A stretch of 25,088 bases of DNA from an uncultured archaeon (GTDB taxonomy: Archaea > Iainarchaeota > Iainarchaeia > Iainarchaeales > CSSED10-239). The notes beneath the pieces are model-generated. The model did no database searches. It was not told where the DNA came from and was given only the letters and a program-made list of their open reading frames with translations. The stretch covers positions 1 through 25,088 of the forward strand of contig CAZCAP010000012.1 of assembly GCA_964496765.1 (NCBI GenBank). Direction: 5' to 3'. The translations under genes were made by a program, and so were the position numbers. Below are positions 8,944 through 18,575 of this stretch, in pieces. The stretch's first letter is position 1. Every line of letters begins with the position of its first letter.

Positions 8944-9313
8944 TTTAAATTATAATATTAAAGAAAAGGCAAATAAAGAAAAAATAAATACATTAAGGTT
9001 AAGTGATAGTGTTACAGAGACAATATATTTGATTGCAAAAGAGGAAAATAAAACTAGATCAGATGTAATTAGAATGCTTTTAGATAAGAGTATTAGAGAA
9101 TATAAATTAAAAAAAGCATTGGATTTATATGAAAAAGGGGAAATTGATTTCTCAACAGGTGCAAAGGTTGCGGATATGTCTGTACATGATTTTATGGAAG
9201 AGCTTAGAATATCAGGTGTTGGTTTACAGATACCTCTTGAAATGACAGAATACGGATTCAATAGCATGGTTAAATTATTTGGTGGTAAACCAATTAAGTT
9301 AAAGAAAAAATAG
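8921..9313 (+). CDS. UPF0175-like / VapB-like putative antitoxin with RHH-like N-terminal part
   Basis: TLRLSDSVTETIYLIAKEENKTRSDVIRMLLDKSI resembles ribbon-helix-helix. KKALDLYEKGEIDFSTGAKVADMSVHDFMEELRISGV resembles UPF0175. Overlaps the 3' end of the toxin ORF. ATG 8921 preferred over GTG 8912. Confidence 0.7.
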   Translation: MVLKKINNLNYNIKEKANKEKINTLRLSDSVTETIYLIAKEENKTRSDVIRMLLDKSIREYKLKKALDLYEKGEIDFSTGAKVADMSVHDFMEELRISGVGLQIPLEMTEYGFNSMVKLFGGKPIKLKKK

Positions 9314-9354
9314 TTAATAGTTTCCTTTAAAACCTTTTGGAAGGTAATATTTAT

Positions 9355-11115
9355 ATGGAATTTACTATAGTTTGTGAATACTTTGATAAACTTAGAGATA
9401 CTTCTTCACGTCTAACTATGACAACCATTCTTCATGAACTATTTACTTTATGTGAAAAAGAAAATATTAACAAACTAATTTATTTTTGTCAAGGAAAGGT
9501 TGGGCCAAAATATAAGGGATTAGAAGTTAATATTGGAGAAGCAACAATCATTTCTTTAATTGCAAGATATCTTGGACAGCCAGAAGAAAAAATCAAAGAA
9601 GACCTTCTGAAAGTTGGAGACCTTGGTCTAATTATTGAAAGCACTCCAGTTACTAAGCAACAAAAAACTTTATTTTCAAAGAATCTTTCTTTTTTAGATG
9701 TTTATGAAACCTTTGAAAAAATAACCGAAATTCAAGGAAAGGGAACCATTGAACATAAGTTAAAATTATTTGAATCAATTCTTTTTAATGTTAGTCAAAA
9801 GGAAGCAAAGTATGTTGTTAAATTTCCAATTTCATTTAGGTTAGGTTTTTCTGATTCAACAATAGTTGATGCTCTCGCTCTTCTAGATACTACTGTTGAT
9901 CAAAAGATTGCAAAGGAAATAATTACAAACAAATATAATCAAGTTTCTGATTTAGGATTAATTGCAAAAATAATTAAAGAATCAGGAATGAAAGGGCTTG
10001 ATAAAGTTGGTATTACTCCTTTCATCCCAATTAAACCAGCTCTCTGTGAAAGAGCAAGCGGTTTTAAAGAAATTATAGAAAGATTAGGTGAAGATAAAGA
10101 AGATAATGTAATTAAGTTTGGAGTAGACTCGAAGATAGATGGATTTCGTCAACAGATTCACAAGATTGGTAATGAAGTTAAGATATTCTCTAGAAATGAA
10201 GAAGACATGACTAGAATGTTTCCAGACATAGTTCAAGAAATTAAAAAAATAGATGGAGACTTTATAATTGATTGTGAATCAATTGCATTTGATCCTGATA
10301 ACAATAAATATCATTCATTTCAAATAACAATACAAAGAAAAAGAAAATATGATATTGATGAAAAAGCAAAGGAACTTCCTTTGCATCTAAAGGTATTTGA
10401 TGTTTTATATCTTAATGGAAAAGAAATGATTGATGTTCCTTTTGGAGAAAGAAGGAAGATAGTTGAAAGTAAATTTAATATCCCACCAATCATTAGACCA
10501 ACTGAGCTTATAATCACAGACAGTGAAGAAGAATTAGAAGCCTTCTTTAATTCAAGGATTTCAGAAAACCTTGAAGGAATCATTGCAAAGGACCTTTCTT
10601 CCAGATATACAGCGGGAGGGAGAGGCTTTTCTTGGATTAAGTTCAAGAAATCCTATCAGGGTACCATAGATACCATAGATGCTGTTGTTTTAGGTTTATT
10701 TTATGGGCAAGGTAAGAGATCTGATAAGGGTCTAGGTGCATTGCTTGTTGGTATCTATAATCAAGAAACCCAGAAATATTATACTTTAGCAAAGGTTGGG
10801 ACTGGTTTATCAGATGAACTTCTTCTTGAGCTTGGAAAGGAATTAGCTGATCTTAGAGTAGATAGAAAGCTAGATGAGGTTGTAACAAAAATAGAACCAG
10901 ATTATTATGTAATTCCTAAGATAATTATAGAAGTAAACTATGATGAGATAACAGAAAGTGAGATGCATACTGTTTGTTTCAACAGAGATAAGGGAACAGG
11001 TTTAGCATTAAGATTTCCCAGACTGGTTAAGGTAAGAAGTGATAGAGAAGATAAGGAAACAACAACAGAAGAAGAAATAAGAAGATTGTTTGAATTGCAA
11101 GCACAAACAAACTAA
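9355..11115 (+). CDS. lig: ATP-dependent DNA ligase, archaeal type
   Basis: Nucleotidyltransferase motif KIDGFRQQIHK, GDFIIDCES, VFDVLYLNG, GIIAKD, GFSWIKFKK. ATG 9355 preceded by GGAAGGT is preferred over TTG 9337. Confidence 0.92.
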   Translation: MEFTIVCEYFDKLRDTSSRLTMTTILHELFTLCEKENINKLIYFCQGKVGPKYKGLEVNIGEATIISLIARYLGQPEEKIKEDLLKVGDLGLIIESTPVTKQQKTLFSKNLSFLDVYETFEKITEIQGKGTIEHKLKLFESILFNVSQKEAKYVVKFPISFRLGFSDSTIVDALALLDTTVDQKIAKEIITNKYNQVSDLGLIAKIIKESGMKGLDKVGITPFIPIKPALCERASGFKEIIERLGEDKEDNVIKFGVDSKIDGFRQQIHKIGNEVKIFSRNEEDMTRMFPDIVQEIKKIDGDFIIDCESIAFDPDNNKYHSFQITIQRKRKYDIDEKAKELPLHLKVFDVLYLNGKEMIDVPFGERRKIVESKFNIPPIIRPTELIITDSEEELEAFFNSRISENLEGIIAKDLSSRYTAGGRGFSWIKFKKSYQGTIDTIDAVVLGLFYGQGKRSDKGLGALLVGIYNQETQKYYTLAKVGTGLSDELLLELGKELADLRVDRKLDEVVTKIEPDYYVIPKIIIEVNYDEITESEMHTVCFNRDKGTGLALRFPRLVKVRSDREDKETTTEEEIRRLFELQAQTN

Positions 11116-11129
11116 TTTTATTCAAAAAA

Positions 11130-11164
11130 AGAAAAAATATTCAAGCAACATTAGTATTGCTTGA
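11130..11164 (-). terminator. Minus-strand hairpin + T-tract overlapping the end of the KaiC-like gene
   Basis: Perfect 8-bp stem TCAAGCAA (11141-11148) / TTGCTTGA (11157-11164). On the minus strand it is followed by ATATTTTTTCTTTTTTT. The stop codon (11151-11153) lies in the loop. Confidence 0.65.
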
Positions 11165-11855
11165 TTGCACTCCACATTATCTCATCCTTTGGATTTATTT
11201 CAACACCATTTGGTGTTATTTGACAAGGATGAACTGATTGTGAATGTTTTGTTCCTCTTAATTTTCTAATAAATACTGATCTGTTAGGTGGTATGAAATA
11301 CATCATAATTATACCATCAACAACAAATTCTTCTATCCCAAATGCAGAAAAATCTCTACCATTAGTTTCTGCAGTCAACATTGTTGTACAATTAAGATCT
11401 TTTAGGTAATCAGTGAACCTAAATAATAGATTTCTAAGCTTACCTGGCTCAGATATCCAAGCACCAAATGCAGTTGTTGAGTCTACAGTTAGTCTAACTG
11501 CTTTAATATCTTTAACCATTGAAGTAATAATATCAAGCTCCTTATCTATCTGTGCTTCAATTGGTTTTCTTGGATCAATGTGCATTCTATATATTTTCAT
11601 TAGATTTTTTTGTTCAAGAGATTTAATATCCCATCCAAAGTTTTCCATGTTCCATACAATATTCTTTAGATTATCTTCAACAGTAACAAGTAAACCTGGT
11701 TCTCCATATTTTCTTGCACCCTCATAAATAAAAGTGGTTGCTAGGATTGTTTTTCCAGAACCAGCACCTCCAGAAACCAGAATTGTTGCTCCTTTTGGAA
11801 TTCCACCTTGAATTAATTCATCTAAACCTTTAACGCCTGTTGGAACTCTTTCCAT
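11151..11855 (-). CDS. Single-domain KaiC/RadA-like RecA-superfamily ATPase
   Basis: RVPTGVKGLDELIQGGIPKGATILVSGGAGSGKTILATTFIYEGA (Walker A), Walker B-like VRLTVDST, and KLRGTKHS near the C-terminus. GAAGGTGA upstream on the minus strand. Confidence 0.85.
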   Translation of the reverse strand: MERVPTGVKGLDELIQGGIPKGATILVSGGAGSGKTILATTFIYEGARKYGEPGLLVTVEDNLKNIVWNMENFGWDIKSLEQKNLMKIYRMHIDPRKPIEAQIDKELDIITSMVKDIKAVRLTVDSTTAFGAWISEPGKLRNLLFRFTDYLKDLNCTTMLTAETNGRDFSAFGIEEFVVDGIIMMYFIPPNRSVFIRKLRGTKHSQSVHPCQITPNGVEINPKDEIMWSAIKQY

Positions 11856-12232
11856 ATATCTTTCACCTTCAATTTTAATAACAATTTATAATAATATAAT
11901 ATAAACTAAATATAAGTTATAAGTAAGCTTTAAATTACTTTCCCTTCCTAATTAATTATATAAAAATTAGATAACCACAACCTTTTTAAATAAAAATCAA
12001 TTTTGTTAAACTACATAACTTGAATTCAAGGGATAAAAACAAACTCTTTTTAAATCTTTTGCTATCTAATTACCTTATGTTCTTGTTTTTGGCAATATTC
12101 TTATCATTATCCATCATTACGCAATTTTATTTAATTCTAAATATATTTAAGAATAATAAAAAGACTATAGCCATAACTCTGAATTATAACTATTGATTTA
12201 TTAAATTTAAATTAAAAGGAAGTGTTTACTTC

Positions 12233-12577
12233 ATGGGCAGAATAAAAGGTCAAGGTAATAAAATTAAAATCAAAGAACCAAGAGAAGATGGTTTAGAAGA
12301 TAATGATGAAATTGCATCCTATAGAAAAACAAGAAGACAAAGAAGATTAAAAGAAGAAATCAAACATAACTATATTCCTTCTCATGATGTTCTAACCGAA
12401 GAAGAGGTTCTTGAACTTGCAAAAAAGAAAATAGAACCAGATAAACTTCCTTTCATCTATATTTCTGATCCTGCTATCAGACACATGGAAGTTAAAGTAG
12501 GAGACGTTATTATAATTAAAAGATATAATCCACTTGTTGGAGAAACTGTTTACTATAGAAGAGTAATAGACGAATAA
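12233..12577 (+). CDS. rpoH: DNA-directed RNA polymerase subunit H (Rpo5) with charged N-terminal extension
   Basis: NYIPSHDVLTEEEVLELAKKKIEPDKLPFIYISDPAIRHMEVKVGDVIIIKR is the conserved archaeal RpoH / Rpb5 C-terminal domain. Directly upstream of rpoB''. Confidence 0.93.
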   Translation: MGRIKGQGNKIKIKEPREDGLEDNDEIASYRKTRRQRRLKEEIKHNYIPSHDVLTEEEVLELAKKKIEPDKLPFIYISDPAIRHMEVKVGDVIIIKRYNPLVGETVYYRRVIDE

Positions 12578-12609
12578 ATTATTAAAATCAAAATTAAATG
12601 TGATAATGA

Positions 12610-14064
12610 ATGGATAAATGGGCTTTAGTTGAATCTTATTTTGAATATGCTGGACCAATAAATCAAAGATTAAAATCCTTTGATCAATTTATTGAAGAAA
12701 AGGTACCAGAGATAGTTGAAGAACAATCAGTTATTGAATGTAATAATGAAGTTAAGATTGTTCTATCAAATGTTGAAGTAACTAGACCAGAAATTGTTGA
12801 AGCTGATAGAAGTGCTAAAGTAAGATTAACTCCAATGGAAGCAAGACATAGAAACATGACCTATTCTGGTTCAATTTATATAGACATTAGATTATATAGA
12901 AAGGATGTTTTGATTGATGAAAAAAGATCCTATGTTGGAGAAATTCCAATAATGGTTAAATCAAAATATTGTAATATATCCGGTCTTTCAAGAGAAGAAT
13001 TAATTGAGATTGGAGAAGATCCAATGGATCTCGGTGGATATTTTGTTGTAAATGGTTCTGAAAAGGTATTAATCTCCCAGGAAGTTCTTGCACTTGATAG
13101 AATTTTATTAAACGAAACAAATGGACTAATTAAAGCACAGGTTATTTCTGTTAAGGGTGCATTTAAAGGTAAGGTAAAGATTGAAAGAAATCTTGAAGGA
13201 CTTTTATATGTGACTTTCCCATCATCTCCTAGAAAACTAAGCTTAGTTGAGTTATTAAATGCACTTGGAATGACTAAACAAGATGATATTTTAAATGCAT
13301 TTGATGATGAAAGAGTAATTAAGAATGAAATTTTATTAAATTTAGATAAGATTGAATCAACAAGCACAAATGATGCACTTGATAAGATTGGAAAAGCAGT
13401 TGCACCATCACAAACACAAAACTATAGACTTAGAAGAGCACAGGAAGTTCTTGATTCATTCCTTTTACCACACATTGGACAGAATAAGAAGGACAGACTT
13501 GCTAAAGCTCATTATTTAATTATCATGGCAACAAAGATTATTGAAAAAGCATATAACATAAGATCACAGGCAGATAAGGATCACTATGCAAACAAAAGAC
13601 TTGAGGTTGCTGGTAAGCTAATGGAGCATTTATTTAGATATTCATTTAAGCATTTCATAAATGATTTGAAATTCCAAATAGATAGAACCATTTCAAGACA
13701 TAGAAAATTAAATATTACAACAATTATTAGACCAGATGCAATTACTGAAAGAATTAAGTTTGCAGTAAGTACAGGCACCTGGGTAGGACAAATAACAGGT
13801 GTTTGTGCATTCATGGATAGAGTAAACTATGTTGCATCTTTAACAAACATGAGAAAGGTTAAATCAACTTTGGATTCCCAAAGGGAATTATATGAAGCAC
13901 GTGATGTTCATGGAACCCATTGGGGTAGACTTTGTCCAGTTGAGACTCCTGATGGACCAAACTGTGGTTTATCAAAGAATTTAAGTATAATGGCAAGAGT
14001 AACAATGGATGTTAATCCAAAATTAATATCAGAATATTTAGATGTTTTAGAACTTGATAAATAA
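12610..14064 (+). CDS. rpoB2: DNA-directed RNA polymerase subunit B''
   Basis: FVVNGSEKVLISQE and GTHWGRLCPVETPDGPNCGLSKNLS. Ends just before the B' ORF (split rpoB). Confidence 0.95.
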   Translation: MDKWALVESYFEYAGPINQRLKSFDQFIEEKVPEIVEEQSVIECNNEVKIVLSNVEVTRPEIVEADRSAKVRLTPMEARHRNMTYSGSIYIDIRLYRKDVLIDEKRSYVGEIPIMVKSKYCNISGLSREELIEIGEDPMDLGGYFVVNGSEKVLISQEVLALDRILLNETNGLIKAQVISVKGAFKGKVKIERNLEGLLYVTFPSSPRKLSLVELLNALGMTKQDDILNAFDDERVIKNEILLNLDKIESTSTNDALDKIGKAVAPSQTQNYRLRRAQEVLDSFLLPHIGQNKKDRLAKAHYLIIMATKIIEKAYNIRSQADKDHYANKRLEVAGKLMEHLFRYSFKHFINDLKFQIDRTISRHRKLNITTIIRPDAITERIKFAVSTGTWVGQITGVCAFMDRVNYVASLTNMRKVKSTLDSQRELYEARDVHGTHWGRLCPVETPDGPNCGLSKNLSIMARVTMDVNPKLISEYLDVLELDK

Positions 14065-14086
14065 ATTTAAAAGATGTGAAGATATT

Positions 14087-15904
14087 ATGGCACAATCAAA
14101 ATGTAAGATTTATGTTAATGGTGGACTTGTAGGTTTCCACAACAACCCAGCCAAGCTAAAAAAAGAGCTTGTTAGTAAAAGAAGATCGGGATTGATTGAT
14201 TCTCAAATAAATATTGCTCTAAGAGAAGAAACCAATGAAATGTATGTAAACACAGATGGTGGACGTGTACAGAGACCATTAATTATTATTGAAAATGGAA
14301 AATCAAAATTAACTAAAGATATTCTTGAAGATATTAAAACTAAAAAAATGTTTTGGCCAGAATTAATAAAAAACGGAATAATTGAATACCTTGATGCTGA
14401 AGAAGAAGAAAATGCATATGTTGCACTTGATGATAGGGATGTAACACCAGATCATACTCATCTTGAAATATCAGGAACTGCAATTTTTTCAATAATCACA
14501 TCAATGATTCCATTCGTACATCACAACATGGCTGGAAAAGCTATCTTTGGTGCAAAAATATTTAAGCAGGCAGTAGGAATTCCTGCAGTTAACTATAAGC
14601 ATAGATTTGATACAGAAATGCATGTTCTCTATTACCCACAAAAACCACTAGTGACCACAAGAACAGAAAAAATGTTAAATATTGATAAAAGACCAATGAT
14701 TCAAAATTCAATTGTTGCAATAATGCCCTATAAAGGATATAACATGATTGATGCCCTTATCATGAACAAGGGTTCCATTGAAAGAGGACTTGGTAGATCT
14801 TCATATTATAGATCATATTCTGCACAGGAAAATAGATATCCATCAGGACAGGCTGATGATTTTAAAGTTCCAGGAGAAACAACAATTGGTTTCAGAGGGG
14901 ATGAGGCCTATAATAATCTTGGAGCAGACGGAATAGCTAATATTGAAACGTATATTAAAGAGGGTGGAGTAGTAATTGGAATGACTTCTCCTCCTAGATT
15001 TGTTGAAGAAATATCTGAGTTTGGAGTTATTTCAGAAGATAGACGTGAATCATCAGTAACTGCGAGAAAGCATCTTGATGGGCACGTGGATAAGGTTCTT
15101 CTAACATTAACCTTATCTGGAGTTAAGCTTTGTAAGGTTAAGGTAAGAACAACAATGATTCCACAGATTGGAGATAAGTTTTCTTCACACCACGGACAGA
15201 AGGGTGTTGTTGGTGCAGTTATTAATGAAGAGGATATGCCATTCACATCATCTGGAATTAAGCCTGATTTCATATTAAATCCACATTCAATTCCTTCAAG
15301 AATGACAATTGGACACATGTTTGAAACAATTGCAGCAAAAGCAGGAGCTGTTTCTGGAAAGGAAATAGATGGAACTGCTTTCTATTCAGATAAGGATGCA
15401 ATTCAAAAACTTCTTTTATCACAGGGATTTAGAGAAGATGGAAAGGAAGTATTCTATGATGGAGTTACAGGAGAAAAAATTGAAATGCCAATATTTGTTG
15501 GACCTATTTCATTTAAAAGATTATATCACGTTGTAGTAAACAAGATACAAGCAAGAGATAAGGGTTCTATACAATTACTAACTAGACAACCAACTGAAGG
15601 TAAAGAAAAGGGTGGTGGTCTTAGATTTGGAGAGATGGAAGGAGATGCTCTTGTTGGACATGGTGCAGCAATGTTACTTCATGAAAAGTTAATGGATGAT
15701 TCTGATCAACTTGATGTTTACATCTGTTCTGATTGTGGTGTGCTTGCTATTAATGATAAGATAAGAAATAAATTATATTGTCCAATTTGTAAGGGTGGAA
15801 ACATACATGAGGTAAAGATAAGCTATGGTTTTAAGCTATTGCTTGATGAGCTTAAAGCACTTGGTGTTTTCCCTAAGTTAAATATTGGAGACAAAATAGA
15901 TTAA
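14087..15904 (+). CDS. rpoB1: DNA-directed RNA polymerase subunit B'
   Basis: GDKFSSHHGQKGVVG, GLRFGEMEGDALVGHGAA, zinc-ribbon CSDCGVLAINDKIRNKLYCPIC. The track starts at TTG 14054; ATG 14087 follows the B'' stop and is more likely. Confidence 0.95.
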   Translation: MAQSKCKIYVNGGLVGFHNNPAKLKKELVSKRRSGLIDSQINIALREETNEMYVNTDGGRVQRPLIIIENGKSKLTKDILEDIKTKKMFWPELIKNGIIEYLDAEEEENAYVALDDRDVTPDHTHLEISGTAIFSIITSMIPFVHHNMAGKAIFGAKIFKQAVGIPAVNYKHRFDTEMHVLYYPQKPLVTTRTEKMLNIDKRPMIQNSIVAIMPYKGYNMIDALIMNKGSIERGLGRSSYYRSYSAQENRYPSGQADDFKVPGETTIGFRGDEAYNNLGADGIANIETYIKEGGVVIGMTSPPRFVEEISEFGVISEDRRESSVTARKHLDGHVDKVLLTLTLSGVKLCKVKVRTTMIPQIGDKFSSHHGQKGVVGAVINEEDMPFTSSGIKPDFILNPHSIPSRMTIGHMFETIAAKAGAVSGKEIDGTAFYSDKDAIQKLLLSQGFREDGKEVFYDGVTGEKIEMPIFVGPISFKRLYHVVVNKIQARDKGSIQLLTRQPTEGKEKGGGLRFGEMEGDALVGHGAAMLLHEKLMDDSDQLDVYICSDCGVLAINDKIRNKLYCPICKGGNIHEVKISYGFKLLLDELKALGVFPKLNIGDKID

Positions 15905-15932
15905 AATTAGTTTTAAAAGAGAATGATTATAT

Positions 15933-18518
15933 ATGCCTATAAAAAAGATTAGATCAATTGAGTTTTCTGTACTTTCACCTGACATGATAAGAAAAATGTC
16001 TGCAGTTGAGATTACAAGAGCTGAAACCTATGATAAGGATGGTTATCCTATTGAAAGAGGAGTAATGGATCTTCATTTGGGTGTGATCTCTCCAGGGCTT
16101 AGATGTAAGACCTGTGGACAGAACATGAGAGATTGTCCTGGTCATTTTGGGCACATAGAATTAATTAGGCCTGTAATTCATCCTAAATTTTCTGATAAAT
16201 TGTATTCTGTTCTTTCATGTACCTGTAGAGAATGTGGAAGAATCCTAATTCCTGAAGAGGACATAGGCGATCTTCTTGCGCTTGCATCAGATCCTGAAAA
16301 AGCAACAAAAGAAATAATGGGACTTGTTAAGGATAAAAAGAAATGCCCACATTGTGGAGTGGACATGCCAAAGATTACAATTGATAAACCAACTAACTTC
16401 TATTATAATCAGGAAAGATTATACCCTTCAGATATTACTGATTGGTTAATTAAGGTTCTTGATAAAGATTTATTTTTATTTGGATATTCTTCAATTTTAA
16501 AACCACAGTGGTTTGTATTAACAACTCTTCCTGTTCCTCCAGTAGCAATCAGACCTTCATTATCACTAGAGAATGTAATTACTGCAGAATCTGATTTAAC
16601 ACACATGCTACTTAATATTGTTAGAATTAACACCAGACTACAGGAAAACATAGTTGCTGGTGCACCACAAATAATTGTAGAAGATCTTTGGGATCTTTTG
16701 CAATATAACATAACAACATATTTTGATAATAATACTGCTGGTGTTCCACCAGCAAAGCATAGATCTGGAAGAGCACTTAATACCTTAGCACAGAGATTGA
16801 AAGGTAAGAAAGGAAGATTCAGATATAATTTAATTGGTAAAAGAGTAAATGCTGGTGCAAGAACAACCATAACCCCATCAACAGATATTAGAATTGATGA
16901 GCTTGGTGTTCCTGAGCAGATAGCAAACACATTAACAATGCCTGAAAAAGTAACTTCTTGGAACAAAGAATATTGTAAAGAACAAATTGACAAAGGATTT
17001 GTTGATTATATTATTACAAAGAATGGAAGAAGAAAAATTATTACTCTTGAAAGTAAGCAGGAATTAATGGACGGACTTGAAGATGGTGCTACAATTAAAA
17101 GAAAACTAAGGGATGGAGATGTTGTTATCTTTAATAGACAACCAACGCTTCATAGAGCATCAATCATGGGTCATAAAATTAAAGTATTACCTGGTAAAAC
17201 ATTTAGATTAAATCCAATTGCTTGTCCTCCCTATAATGCTGATTTTGATGGAGATGAAATGAATCTTCATTCTCCACAGAGTGAAGCTGCAGTTGCAGAA
17301 ATCAATAATTTATTAATGGTTGATTCTCAAATTTTAAGTATTAGAAACGGATCTCCAATCATTGTTCCTGATCATGATATTGTTTCTGGTGGTTATTTAT
17401 TAACCAAGAAGGATACAGTGTTTACAAAGAAGGAAGCAATGGAGATGCTATATTCCATAGGAATAACAGAATTGCCTACAGCTGATGTTGATAGAACTAA
17501 ATATTCTGGTAAGCTTATCTTTTCTCAAATATTACCAAAGGATCTTAATATTGGATACTATAATAAATTGTTTACTATATTAAGAAAGGTTAAAGGAAAA
17601 ATAAATCAAAAAGATGTAGACAAATATGATTGTTATTTCAAGGTTGAAAAAGGGCGTCTAATCTCTGGTGTTGTTGACGAGAAATTGTATGCTCCAAGAA
17701 ATTTAATTGATGTTCTAGTAAGACACTATGATAAGAGGGTTGTTGTTGAGTTTTATTATAATCTATGTAAGCTTGTTTTCTATACCCTAAGTAAAAAGGG
17801 ATTAACAATTGCTCTTGATGAATATAAAACTCCTGTTACATTGCAGGAAGATATTGATGTTAAAGTTAAAAAATTAATTGCAACCACAAATGGAATAATT
17901 AAAAAGTATGAGAGTAAATCACTTGCTCTAATACCTGGTAAGACACTTGCAGAAACATTCGAACTTGAAATGATTAAAGCTGCTGGTGAAACAAAGGATG
18001 ATATTTCAAATAAGCTTCTTGCGCTTAAGTTTGAAGAAATGACAAGTGAAAATAAAATTGCATATAATAATTCCACATTAATTGCAAGTATTGGTGGTGC
18101 TCGTGGAAAGCTTGGTAATGTTGCAAACATAGTTGCGCTATGGGGGCTTGTTACAGTTAGATCAGGTAGACCAAAAGCAGGTTTTTCAAATAGATTCCTA
18201 AGTTCAAATGTTAATGGAACAAAAGCACTTATGGACTATGGTTTTGTAAAAAACAATTTCTTTAATGGAATGGAACCAAAAGAATACTTCATACACTCTA
18301 TTGGTGGACGTCAAGGAGAAATTGATACAGGTGTTGCAACAAAGGTATCTGGATACTTATATAGAAGATTATCAAATGCACTTAAGGATTTAATAGTTAA
18401 TGATGATTTAAGTGTAAGAACAGCAGATGGACAGGTTGTTCAATTTTTGTATGGAGATGATGGACTTTCACCAGATAAGGCATATCTTGGAAAGAACATA
18501 AATTTCTTCCATGAATAA
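15933..18518 (+). CDS. rpoA1: DNA-directed RNA polymerase subunit A'
   Basis: Zinc motif CKTCGQNMRDCPGHFGHI, second zinc motifs CRECG / CPHCG, catalytic NADFDGDEMNLH, FNRQPTLHRASIMGH. Confidence 0.97.
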   Translation: MPIKKIRSIEFSVLSPDMIRKMSAVEITRAETYDKDGYPIERGVMDLHLGVISPGLRCKTCGQNMRDCPGHFGHIELIRPVIHPKFSDKLYSVLSCTCRECGRILIPEEDIGDLLALASDPEKATKEIMGLVKDKKKCPHCGVDMPKITIDKPTNFYYNQERLYPSDITDWLIKVLDKDLFLFGYSSILKPQWFVLTTLPVPPVAIRPSLSLENVITAESDLTHMLLNIVRINTRLQENIVAGAPQIIVEDLWDLLQYNITTYFDNNTAGVPPAKHRSGRALNTLAQRLKGKKGRFRYNLIGKRVNAGARTTITPSTDIRIDELGVPEQIANTLTMPEKVTSWNKEYCKEQIDKGFVDYIITKNGRRKIITLESKQELMDGLEDGATIKRKLRDGDVVIFNRQPTLHRASIMGHKIKVLPGKTFRLNPIACPPYNADFDGDEMNLHSPQSEAAVAEINNLLMVDSQILSIRNGSPIIVPDHDIVSGGYLLTKKDTVFTKKEAMEMLYSIGITELPTADVDRTKYSGKLIFSQILPKDLNIGYYNKLFTILRKVKGKINQKDVDKYDCYFKVEKGRLISGVVDEKLYAPRNLIDVLVRHYDKRVVVEFYYNLCKLVFYTLSKKGLTIALDEYKTPVTLQEDIDVKVKKLIATTNGIIKKYESKSLALIPGKTLAETFELEMIKAAGETKDDISNKLLALKFEEMTSENKIAYNNSTLIASIGGARGKLGNVANIVALWGLVTVRSGRPKAGFSNRFLSSNVNGTKALMDYGFVKNNFFNGMEPKEYFIHSIGGRQGEIDTGVATKVSGYLYRRLSNALKDLIVNDDLSVRTADGQVVQFLYGDDGLSPDKAYLGKNINFFHE

Positions 18519-18575
18519 TAATGAATAACTAGGAAAATGTTAAAAAATAAAATTAAAAATTAAATAAAAAAGTTG

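Noticed and set aside
11413-11727. 104-aa plus-strand ORF opposite the KaiC-like gene
   Set aside because: Antisense to a Walker-motif-containing gene; no independent support.
14054-14064. Overlap of rpoB'' and rpoB' ORFs as translational coupling
   Set aside because: The overlap exists only if TTG 14054 is the start. ATG 14087 is a better start, leaving a short gap.
16409-16993. 194-aa minus-strand ORF inside rpoA'
   Set aside because: Antisense to strongly conserved RpoA' coding sequence, with no recognisable motif. It is a by-product of the codon composition. The same applies to the other minus-strand ORFs within pyrD/pyrF, ligase and RNAP genes.
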